Origin: Bugula neritina
Lineage: Eukaryota > Animalia > Bryozoa
Length of the DNA: 64,000 nt
Direction: 5' to 3'
NCBI GenBank assembly: GCA_964035545.1
Contig: OZ037768.1
Coordinates: forward strand, 21,125,700-21,189,699
The position numbers and the translations under genes were made by a program. Positions within the stretch are counted from its first letter, which is position 1. The number at the start of each line of letters is the position of its first letter. This document shows positions 25,494 through 64,000 of this stretch, piece after piece. The notes beneath the pieces were generated by a model. The model made no database searches, was not told the origin of the DNA, and worked only from the letters and a program-made list of their open reading frames with translations.

Positions 25494-28319
25494 ATTCAAC
25501 AAGTTTCAACAAGCAAACTCTTTCCACACATAGCTGACAAAGTAGAGTTTTGATGCCATCCAGCACCATATATCTGTGTGAGGTAGGATTCTCATCAATT
25601 CAAAGAGAAGAGAAACTGCCTTAAGCTGCAGAGTCACTTAAGATGGGCCTGGTCATAAACAGAGTTCGACTTGAGAAATCTGGCACAAAAGCATCAACTG
25701 AAGCCACAACATGAATAATTGGACCGCTCTGTATTTTATAACATAAAAATGACAATAATATTCCTATTATTATAATTATTTTATATATGCAAATATAATA
25801 TAACAAAATATATTGCATTGTATCATATATTCTCATTCAGTAAGTCATAAAATATTTCGCTCTTCAAAGGGGGGGGATTAATAGTCAACATTTATGAAAG
25901 GGGGAATAGTATGCAAAAGGTTGGGAACCACTGTGTTATTATAGTATATATGCTGCATTACAACTGGTACTTTTAATGTATGTATTGAATAATACTAATA
26001 ATTACCAACGATGGGGAGTGTCAGAAATTATTCCATAATATAATTTCCCAGATTACAGTGTACAAGGAAGCTCCAGATAATATACTTTGCTCAGTAAACT
26101 ATTAGTAGCTGAATTTTCTTTTGACATGTGACTGTTTAGAGATGAAATCAGTTAATAGAAGCAGAACCTGAACAAAACCTGCATATCATGGCAGAAGTCA
26201 GCTAGGATAACCACAGTAGATTCAGGTTATTATACAACATTATAGCAATCATACATATATTATAGTGTAGATAAGCTAAACACATTCCATTTACTCTTTG
26301 TTCTCTCCACCCACAATGTGCATCTATAATAGCTGTTTGCACAATAATTAAGATATCTGTAATATATTTCAGATAACTTTAGAGATACTCCATTTACACC
26401 TCCCAAGTCACATGGTCTGTTGGTAAATATTACTCTCAATAAATAGTGCCTCAAACATACTGCATATCCAAGTGACTGGTTGTTATCATTCATTAAGTAT
26501 TTTCTTTGTATAATATTCAAATATAAGATAACACTATTAACAACCAAAATACCTGGACCATAGTCTATACTATCAGTGTAATGTCTGACAACAAAACTAA
26601 CACTATACACACGCCTACGCTGTGTCAGCTGCTGCATTTCTGATCGTGAAATAATAACATATTACGGTATGTGTTCTTAAAGCAAGGAACATTTATTCCC
26701 ATGTTCTTGTAACTTGATGAAACAAATTTCCATCATTTGAATTTAGTTAAACTATATGAGCTTTACCTAACTGCGTCTGCTTGTTTTATGACATTTTTAT
26801 GGTCTAATTTATCTATAAACTTGCATTTTGTGTCCACACAAGGAGGCTTTTAATTGAATAATATTTAACACAATTGTCAGAGTCAACAGCTCAGTGTGGT
26901 ACAACCACTGACAAAAATGCAAAAATTTAAATAAAGTGCGTGGACGTATGTGTGTGAAATTACTACCAGTGTTCCTCGATCCTGACATTACCATTGGCCT
27001 AGGTAAAGTGTATGACTAAAATATATTCAGAGCACGATGCGTCGAGGCAAACCAGTGTCTCTATATATACTATAAATTTTATTCTGGCTGTCTCCACTTT
27101 CAGTTTCTCTTAATATTTCTATATATGCTATAACACTCGGAGATGAACAAATTATTTTATGATTTCTAAGAAATGAAATTTACAGTATTACTAACATTGC
27201 TGGGATTGTTTCATAAATAATAGTTTCTTTGGCGTATTTAATTATACTTGAAAAGTTCTTTTAAATCAAATTTCTCTGCATGCAAAGCGTAAAGCAAAAA
27301 GCTTGTCTTGTAGTAGTCCATGATGTCTTCTAGTTGTAATTTACACTGTTTTAAGCACGTTTCGTTATTACAAAGACTGTAAAAATCTAACTCTACTATA
27401 ACTGTATGAGCTCTGATACAAGTCATAGATATTACAACAATTGAGAAATATTTTATGGTTCATAAACTCCATACTTTTTAAAATTATTTTGGTAAACTAA
27501 ACAGCTTTCAGCATGATAAATTTATTATTAAATTATTATAATATATATAATGATATTTATTTAGAAGTGTTTGTTAAACACTTCGAAAATGATTTATAAG
27601 TTTTAGCAGCTGAGTGGTTAACACATAACTGAGATAGACATGCTGCGTGTATGCTGCTGCTAAGTTTATCACTGTGAGAATTAGTTATAATATTGCATAT
27701 ATAGCTAAGAGAATTAGTTAATTAGTATATTGCCAAGCACCAAACCAATTACAATTATTCACATCATGTACGGAGATAGGGTAATACTTGAAAAGATAGT
27801 TGTACACACGTGTATATAATAGACCTGCAAAATCTCATATATATTTTGGTGTAAAACTCGCTGCCATGGTTAAGATTCAAAACTCAGATATTTAAAAATA
27901 CTGCAAATTGTGGAGAAGGTTTATTTTCATCAAATTGTTTCACAATAATATATACTCCATTCATGTGGTTGATATATTATATTGTAGTAAATTTCGCAGT
28001 TCACTATGAGTAGTGGGTCAACTTATACAAAGCTATTTCACCAGGTTTCTTTCGATTTGAATAGAGTTTATTTAATGCCAATTATACAATAATAAAAGAG
28101 ACTACAATTAACATACACTGTTACATCATAGAGAGCTATTAGTACACAACTTTACTTTAACGCAATCCAGTCCTCTCTGCCGGGGAAGCTGTCTAACATG
28201 CTTCCACAATACATTGACAGCTCCGCCTACTGCTAATTGCCAGTTACACTTGATTGGCTGTCACGGTGGTGCCATCCTGACGACATGATGCCGTCGGCCT
28301 CACATGGCAGTCCGACATA

Positions 28320-28995
28320 CCCCCTGTTCACATATCATTGCCGCACCATACGCCGCAACAGCAAATACCCGCCATCTTTGTTAACATCCGGGCTGAATCG
28401 TACCCCGGTATACGCTGCGGCATTGATCAAGCAGTGCTTGATTCAAAAAATCACGGCGGGCTCCCATTGGCTAAAGTTGATCTGGTACTAAAATTTAAAG
28501 AACATTTTTGCTAGTTTATTTTAATCGGTTATTTTTGATTTAATTTAACTAATTCAAAAATTTTAAAAGATTACAAAATCTTTATCCGGTTTGTTTAAAT
28601 TAGAATCAGCTTAAAAATCTAGCTTTCCCTAATCACAAAAGCACGCAAACCAAAAACTTAAAATTGATTTGGACGGCCTAAATATTCATTATTTAAATTA
28701 GTTTGCACAATTATTTTAAAAACAAATTTATTTAAAAGAAATATTTCTTTTTTAAATTGATTTTATCTAGCCAATGACGTTTTTATCACATCTTTTGAGA
28801 AGAATGTTGCGACAAATTTGTAAATAATATCCAAGTCACCACAGACAAAAATTAACCTCATTATGATTGGTCACAACTCAACGTCATGCGTTGTACTTCG
28901 CGTCAATGTGTGAACCCCTGTTGACAAAATGTAACAGCAGCGCCATTTTGTTTGTGCTGTTACGGTTCATGGTGCGGCAATGTGTGAACAGGGGG
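28320..28995. mobile_element. MITE with about 30-bp TIRs (possibly PIF/Harbinger-like)
   Basis: CCCCCTGTTCACA..CATTGCCGCACCAT at the left end, inverted at the right end; AT-rich non-coding interior. Confidence 0.75.
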
Positions 28996-29894
28996 TTAGA
29001 GTTGACCCTTTCGATATAACATAAACTAACTAATACAATACTGAAATTCCTTACAATATTATGTGCCACATAAAAAGTCAATGTTTTACAGGTGCAATAT
29101 TTACCTTATTATCTCCAGTATCTACTGTTCTAAGCTGAGTGCTTTACAGCCTCTATAAAGTATCTTATCTATAACTCACATGTCATGCAATTAGTATAAA
29201 TACTGAGGGATGTCAAATCCCATCCCTTCTTTATATTTTCTATAATAAACATCAGGCTCTGTTGGTGATAAATGATAATATTCTAGTAACTGTATATGGG
29301 GAGGGCTATATGCATGACCTCATTCTTACACTGCGAGCCTGCCTAGTGAGAAGGTGAAGGGTGGCTGTAATTTTATACCTTTAACTAGAATACAGAATAA
29401 AATGACTCACTAATAGCTAGAGAAATGTCTACTCATTTTATAATGTAGATTGCTATAGTGTCTAAAATTTATTCAGATATAGCTTTCTACCAGACTGCTA
29501 TATTTATAGATATTGCCTCATTCTGTTTATCAGAGACTAAGTTAGCTATATAGTATACTTATAGCCAGGTGATCTGACATTTAAATAAATAATAGAAATA
29601 ATATGGGACTATAAGCTTAGAAATGTTACATTACAAGTTATTTAGAGTTTGTGTTGTGACAGTTGAATATAGGAAATTCTATTTTTAACTCTGTACATTT
29701 CCTACAATAATGTTTTTGTGGATAAGTTATCGTTATCAATAATTTAAAAAGACATTGTATAACTTCTTATCCCCCTCTGAATTCAGATAAGACATGTGCC
29801 ATGAAGAGATGGATCAGACTGTGTTATACTAAAGTGTAATGGAGAGCTCATTACTTACTGTATCTAGACTACCTTAACACACAGAGTCAGTAAC

Positions 29895-56607
<26,713 letters not shown>

Positions 56608-57309
56608 ATAGACTTAGCACTTTGAAAAACTATAGTTGCCTGTTATTCTATATTCCTGCCCCTCCTCCTCTCTCTCTCTATCTACTTGGAGGCTATGCTA
56701 AACACAAACAATTTTATATTTCTAGATGCTAGTGGTTTGCCGATTCTCTTATAATAATATAGATTTGGTTTTATGTATATCACAACTTCTGTGTCCCTGA
56801 AAAAGTGTAGAAATAATTATTTTCAAATATTATAGTCACATATTTCCACTGCTTTATATATACATTTATTTTCTGATGATTATGTTAACAGAAGCCTGTT
56901 CGTGACTCTATAAACGCTAATCAAATTGATGCAAGGCTCTAAGAAAATAACTTTATATCAAGTATTGGTTAGAAACTGCATTATTAATAAATAATAGTTT
57001 AATTCATTTGCAATATTTATATATCCATTAAATATAGCAATTGCCAATTTTACAAATATTTGTGAGAATTGAAACTACAACTGCATAAAGTAACTGATAC
57101 TATTTTTACACCACAGAACTGTGTCCAGTATTTTTATTGCAATCATAGAAGAGATCAGCATTTGGAGTTATGTTCTTGTTTTAGATCGACGGTATTATTC
57201 CATGAATCTCCAATTTCAGCAGCAGTTACTCTCACATGCATATCTATATAATGTAGATTGTAATCTAGTCTAAAATGTAACCATAAATATACATACACAA
57301 TACACATAT

Positions 57310-58015
57310 AAAACTTTGTGAGTTCAGCACAGAAAAATGTATAGTTTTCTTCAATACAACTTCACAATACTATTTTACTCAACTATGATTATATCATATG
57401 GAATAAGTGGTGGTTGGACAGAGAGCCCATTCTATGTAGTGGTGAATATACAGTCAGGATTGAAATTACGAGACCACCCACAAATAATTTATGTTGCTAT
57501 AGTAATTCATATTTTGCTCAATATTTATAAAGCAATACACTACAATATCCCACCAATGGAAAGCTAAATAATATATTCTCTGCAAGAATATATTCAATTC
57601 TCCTTGTGCTATCAATTAATAAAACATAAAAGAATCATTATCCTTATCATTACCATTCTAGTATGGAATGCAACTATAATCATACTCTCGCAAAACCTTG
57701 TAAGTTTAGCACAGAAATATGTCTAGTTTTCTTCCATGCAACTTCACAATACTATTTTACTCAACTATGATTATAACATATGAATGAGTGGTGGTTGGAC
57801 AGATAGCTCATTCCGTGCAGTGCAGTGCAGGATTAAAGTTATGGAACCACCCACAAATAATTTATGTCGGTGGTCCTATATTTTGCTCAATATTTATAAG
57901 GAAATACAATACAATACAATATTCCATCAATGGAAAGTTAAATAATATGTTTTTTACAAACATCTTTTAAATTATCCTTGTGCTATCAATAATTATTAAA
58001 AAATAAAGGAATTAT
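57310..58015. repeat. Diverged tandem duplication (about 380-bp period)
   Basis: 57310-57645 resembles 57692-58015. Confidence 0.85.
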
Positions 58016-58859
58016 CATCTAACACAATTGAACCTGATTAAACTAACTAAAACATGTTCGATTTTTATCTGCTACAGTAGAATGTTGCTTTTAAAATCTT
58101 TAATCTTTGTTTTTTATATAAAGGTATATATTTAGGCTTGCTCTGCTTTTTCAAGCTAAAAATAAAAGCTAGTTTTTAAAAAAATTCTTTTGTTCAAAAA
58201 AAGCTTAAGCTTTAAATATAATTTATATATTTCACAGTATCTTCGGTTTGGTTGCAATTCAGAAAGCCTAAACACCTATGTGTTTAGACAAACAGATTAC
58301 CTTATTTTATTCAACAAACTTTCCCAGGGTGTAGCTGAAAAAATTCTAAAGAGCTGCATTTAAAGTGTCAGCCTAAATTCCTCTGAATTCAGCAACTTCA
58401 GTATTTAGTTCTACTTCTAGACAATGGCAAAAGGGTATCGTCATGTAATTCCAAAGCTGGTAGATCAGGTATGTTACATAATCCATCTACCTTGCTTCAT
58501 ACCATCATTATAGAAAAAGAATGAAAAGTGATAAGCTATTTTACACTCTTAACATGGTTACCATAGTTACACACATACTCAGTGGTCTGTTGCATATGGT
58601 GTCATACACATTATAGTAGTTGTTAGCATATTATTATAATTAATAGTGTATATGCAAGAGATACATAATTATATATATAGCACTACTTATATATAATATA
58701 TATAGACCACTAATTATAATAATGTATTTATAACTGTTGTTATGATTTTGCGGGTTTATTGAAACAGATTAAGTAGTCTGCATGCCAGTACTATTAATTG
58801 TTGAATAAAAGTCTTTGTAAAATGTTGATTCTAATAGCCTTTATTGATATATATAGTAG

Positions 58860-60938
58860 TTTCCTCTGCGAGCTCCAGTGTTAGACTGATTTGATAGTGG
58901 AAATGCTCGCCTTTATATACTGCAAAAAGTTCCTGCCACTATGGGGGTCCAAAAATCGGCCGAATTCGGAGTTCCGGTTGCCGACTTCGGAAGAATCCAT
59001 CCGAAATCGGACACATCTCTCCAAAGTCGAACATACCCCTTCCGAAATCGCGCCCTGGGTTCCGACTTCGGCGAACCTCAGCTCACATAAATTGTTGCAG
59101 ATTACTATAAAAGAAGTGGCAGGCAAACATAACTCCAAAAACTATTACAGTAACTTAAAAACAAACAATAAAAATAGGAAGGCAATTCACAATTATTACG
59201 CTATTCACTACGCTAAGAGCTAAGCTATATTTACAATATTTGAGGCATTAGAAAGCTACGCAAGGAGCTTAGCTATAATTACATTTAACAGTATTTACAA
59301 AGTTACTCCAAGTCCATTATAATAGTGACGCAATATAATTATTAGAGCGTTAAAATCCATTACATTCTCCCCCCATCGAAAAGCATCTCCTTTTTCGATA
59401 ACAAAAAAACAATTTGGTCTCCTTCCGGGAGTTGATTGCTGGTGGTTCGCAGTTGTTTGTCTCAGTCATCGGATTCGGCGTATCAGGCTCTCTATCTCCC
59501 TTGTGCATTGATCGAGGTGGCAGGATAAGGCCTGGATCCTTCCGTCTAAGTCACTTCTCTGGATGAGGTCAAAGTCGGCGGTAGGTCTAGGGCACCGTTG
59601 CCCACTTGGGTCAACACTAGGTGGGTGGCCGTCTACTACGTGTCTGGGCTGGTTTGCGAGTTGCTGTACCTGGAGTTGTCCTGCAATTTCAGGGCTACTC
59701 TGCATCCGAGGCTTGGAGTCTTTACCCGTACTGGGTGAACAACTCGATGACTGGGTACCAGTCAATCGCCCTACGTGATAATCAGCCTAGTACTTTGGGG
59801 GTTTCCTGTCTCTTCTGGCTCTCTCCAAAGTGTTGGAGACGGAGGTATCTGGCCGGTCTGAAATGTGGTGTATGGGAGGTACTTCCTCCAGGTTTCCTGG
59901 TGGTGTGACTGGTCCTGGGTTATCTGGCGGTGGTGGGAGGTCCTCTATCTGAGTGGGCCTGGTGGGTGGATCCGGAGTGGGAGGAATTGAGGGTGGGTTC
60001 TGTGGCTGATGTCTCAAGCTATTGCCGGCTTCCTCGGGATCACGAATAAAAATTTCCCAGTCCCTGGGTCGATTCCGCCTTCCACGGGATATGGGTTGTC
60101 GTGCTGGTTCGAGCAATGGTGGTGCCTGTCCTGCGGCTTCTGGACTACCGCAGTAGGGTTTTAACCGCTGCTCGTTTTGGACAGATATCTGTCTTGAGTG
60201 CTCCACACGATATGTGTGGTTGGGTAAAACCTCTACTACGCAGTAGGGGCCGACGAACTTAGGCTGTAATTTAGCCGATTGCCCGCGACGCCTACGGTAG
60301 CTGACCATCCACACCCAGTCCCCTTCTCGATATAAGGGAGGCTCCTTGGAATCTTTTGTCCGAACTGCCCACTGCTTCTCCCTCAATGCGTCATAGGCTT
60401 TCCTCATGGTCTCGACCAGCTTCCCTATACATATTCGTGTATGAGAAATTCGGGAGCCGGAACATGGTAAGTGAGATGCTCCTTGACTCTAGTTTCACGG
60501 CCCAACATCATCAGATTAGGTGTTTCCTGTGTACTGGAGAGAGGGGTACTCCAATATGCTCGCATAATCTGTGGTAACATAATGTCCCACTCTTCTTGGC
60601 TCCTCCCCAACAAGAGACTTCGAAGGGCGTCACTCAGCATCCGATTATTCCTTTCTACCACTCCGTTTCCTTGAGGGTGGTACGGGGTGGTCCGGCTCTG
60701 ATTCACCCCCCCCCATACTTTGCAAAGGTCCTTCATTAGTTCTGATTGAAATTGAGCGCCCTGGTCAGTGTGTATCTGTTCCGGTAGGCCGAAGTAACAG
60801 AACACGTGTTGGTCCAGGACCCGAGCTACTGTGGGTGCCGATGCATCGGGGATAGCCAGGGCGTCTGCTCCACGCACCGTGGGCAGGCTCAATCAGATCC
60901 CGGTTGAAAAGATCTTGCACCTGCTGGCTCACCTCCTT
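58860..60938 (-). mobile_element. Deleted Gypsy relic (RT start, IN, PPT, partial 3' LTR)
   Basis: IN ORFs 60425-60892 and 59787-60407; minus-strand PPT GGGGGGAGAA followed by TGTAAT at 59364; LTR far end uncertain. Confidence 0.9.
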
Positions 60939-61797
60939 TATAATTAAATAGATTTTCTATTTAGGCTGCTATAATAAGTTCTTATAATTATACTTTATAA
61001 GTGGACATATTGTGAATACATTATTTATTTAAAGCTCAGAAAATGTTAATGGAAATTGTCTATGTTACAGCCAACAAGCAAATTTATTTCATAAAAGCAA
61101 TTTTAAAGACTTTTCTTGTTATTCAGCTATTTACAGGCAAATCAATAATTTCCAACCATAAGTAGTTTCATTCACTCAAGAACATTATCACTGATAAAGT
61201 TTTGCTATGGCAAACTTTGTAATGCTACAGACCTGTTAGTTGGTGTACAAGTCAGTGCAAAACCAGTTATAACCGCACACCTGATTATCAACAATTAACT
61301 AGTAATGACTGAGGGAATGGGAAACAACTCAAGTGTTTTTATATTTTATTATTGTAAAAAAGGTAAGTTTACAAGCAGTAAAAATAAATTGTAGTAGTAA
61401 AATTGACCACGTAGTAAAATAGCTTTAACAGAAGAAACAAACTCAATTGCTTGCAATTACATGGCTGTGTCTCTTATTATATTAGCTGGTCTCTGATTAC
61501 AAATAATATAAAATATAATACAGTGCTACATCTGTATATCTCATGGTTCCAGTTAAATAACAGAAGTCTAAAAGTAACGTTTTGTGGTTTATGTATGTGT
61601 TTACAGGGTCAAAAAGGCCAAATTTAACAAATCCGTAAATTAATGAATTGACTCTCTTATTCTACTATCTCACTAATTTAGATTTTAGAATCCACAGCTT
61701 AGTGAGGAAGCACTGTATATTAATAAAAATACAGAAGAGTAAAATGCATATTTCTAATTACATCATACAAATATTGAAATGTATTCCATGCAAGCTA

Positions 61798-63983
61798 CTA
61801 ATCAGAATCAACGTTCATTCCACAGAAGGCCCAGTAGCAAGAGCCAGTTCCAAACACTTTGTAAATGTAGTCACCAGGCCTCTCGGAGCACTTCTGGACC
61901 AGCATAGAGTTTGGCTGAGGCCATGTGTACCTATACACAGACATAACATTACATAATATATTTTATTACCCAATGCTATTCCATGTGCATTCCTTTATTT
62001 ATATATGACATTAATTAGTTAGTGTTTCACACTTGGGAGCTAAACTATACAGTATATAGTTACTTGTCAATATCAATAGCTACTGTAATAACGTATTAAT
62101 TATTGTGACACCGCAGTGATTATTGTGATACTGTATAAAAGTTATTGTAACAATTAATAATAATTTTAGCAATGTATTAGTAATTATAGAAAAATAACCA
62201 ACCATGAGCAATCTCCATTCCAGCTACCATATATGGGCACCCGGTGTATATCTCCCACTACACTTGGCATAGGGGCATTAGTCCAGAATCCTCCATGACT
62301 TCCACAGGAGTAATCAAGAGGACATCTGTTAGACATTTGTGAGCCAGCAGATCCTGTGAATCTTTCCATGTATTAAATAAACAGTCTCAGTGAATTCACA
62401 TATTAATTAGTTAGAGATTGTATTCTGGGCTTGTGGAAGCTTTAGCCTTAGAACTTATTGAAAACAAGTTAACTGAGTTATTCTTTCTTATAATTTAGCT
62501 TAGCTTCAGCTTAAAAGCTGTATCCTGGACTAGAAGTTCTGCAAACAGTTGTGGTTTGGAAAATCTGTAAACCTGAAATTTATAGACCATATTGACAACA
62601 AGTTAACTAGGGTATTCTTTTGTATAAATTAGCCTCTTCATTGGCTATTTATCTTTTGTTGCTGCAACTAGATCATGTATATTTGGCAATTTTATTGAAT
62701 ATATTTTACTCATTTACATGTATATACTGCTATTTGTTTACATGATATAATTTTGTAGCCTATTTTGTTATATGAAAACAAGTATATTGTAGAGCCAAGT
62801 GATTGAAGGCTAAAATAGCAAATTAAGAATTCTAAGTTGTATATTGTGTACTCAGTATGCACCTGAACCAGTGTTGTCCTCTATGTAACTCCCGGTCACA
62901 TGCATAAAACCCATTGGCTGGTAAGAGATTAGAGCCCTCTAAGTCTAATCTCCATGATCCAGTGAGATTCACAGTGTCCATTGATTGACAAGGACCTGAA
63001 ATATACAGCACAGGGTTCTTCATAAGATATAATAACTCAACTTGACTATTTGGGTGTAATTTGAACAGTTTTTTAATTGAATTATGCACGTTTTTTATTG
63101 CTGCATATAACAAACAAATAATACTGTTTTAATTCATCACAGTTTTAGAAAAAAATGTTATTCTAATTTTTGATCAAGTAAATACATATACTTGGAATTT
63201 CCCATCTGCATGAGTCAGAATATTAGTTGGATGAGTAAGAAGTAGTATATAAGTATATATACATCCACAAGTTCACAAATATAAACAACAGAGTTCACAT
63301 ACCGAATATAGATGGTTGGTTAGAAGGTTGACTTGTGGGTGACAGAACTGTAGGAGCTGGAGTTGTTGGGTTGGGATCCTCAGACTCTCCCTCTAGGTCA
63401 CATTCATCTAAGAGATCTCGTAACAACAGTCTCAAAGATTCTTCAGATTGCCTCTTCTTCCTGGCACCTATATTTATATACACTGATTTATATCAAGTGT
63501 TTACAACAGCATTGTATGTTCTATATAATATAATTTGTCAGGTTGCATCGGATGTCGGCTATAATAAAGCCATGAATTAACTGGTTGTAAGTCAGTATAT
63601 TCAATATAGATAGGATTATACCATTATGGCCAGTTACATATTTAACATAATATTATAAATGTAACTTTTGCCAAAGATAAAAACATGTGCAATAATGGCC
63701 AAATTAAGAGAAGCCTGTATTCTATATGAAGGATCTATAGCAACAGAGGTTTTGTTCGCAAGAGTTTCTCTAAAAAAATTTGTAAAAAGCAATTGAAACA
63801 GTTAAGCTAATGATTGTCAAAGATTTGCTGCTTTTAGTTAATTGGTTAGAGACTCACCACTAGTCCTGAGGTCAGCGTGGCAGTGCTGCTCGATGTTTGA
63901 CATCAGAATGTTTACTTTCTCATCTGTCGTATCCTTCAACTCATTCTTTCTCTTCAGCTCTTTTAAGGAAAGGTCTGCATTAG
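61798..63983 (-). CDS. 3' part of a gene for a probably secreted UMOD/GP2/OIT3-type D8C-domain protein
   Basis: Minus-strand exons 63858-63983, 63303-63467, 62863-62995, 62203-62361, 61798-61930, phases consistent; RKKR site, P/S/T linker, PC..WR..CD..WFRFTGSAG..C..CG..W..C..YIY..C..FC; 5' end lies outside the window. Confidence 0.85.
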
Positions 63984-64000
63984 CTGAAATGACTAAACAT

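Larger units (their letters stand above)
24268..25933 (+). mobile_element. hAT (Charlie/Buster-like) DNA transposon relic
   Basis: TIRs CAGTGGTTCCCAACCT / AGGTTGGGAACCACTG; near-TSD tgttatag / tgttatta; decayed C-terminal transposase (ELHEDFIELVHNSAIKDDL...STIYLCEVGFS). Confidence 0.9.

Noticed and set aside
26260-26637. 125-aa minus-strand ORF
   Set aside because: No domain motif or splice support; consistent with a chance ORF.
63840-63900. tRNA/SINE-like look on the plus strand
   Set aside because: Explained by a minus-strand coding exon with a GTGAGT donor.

Overview
AT-rich, intron-containing animal genomic DNA, probably from an invertebrate (species not determinable from sequence alone). 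The centrepiece is a 16-exon plus-strand gene (29895-56607, about 1451 aa by manual splicing, all junction phases consistent) with the architecture LRR array - ROC GTPase - COR - acidic linker - caspase (SHG / EVCSG), i.e. a Roco protein with a caspase where LRRK-type proteins have a kinase. Most of its LRR array is encoded by six tandemly duplicated, symmetric 141-nt exons that vary at putative ligand-contact positions. Two more copies of this exon (one intact, one broken) lie at 2129-2969 in a truncated paralogous locus. The rest of the window contains: a full-length Gypsy LTR retrotransposon with an intron-containing zinc-finger ORF3; three other Gypsy fragments; two Penelope relics and a retrozyme-like tandem, all carrying hammerhead ribozymes; a 13.5-kb (TA)n-flanked element with inverted terminal motifs and a 5-kb higher-order minisatellite; a hAT relic with nested MITEs; and the 3' part of a convergent gene for a protein with a UMOD/GP2/OIT3-type D8C domain. 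All exon models and alignments were made by eye.
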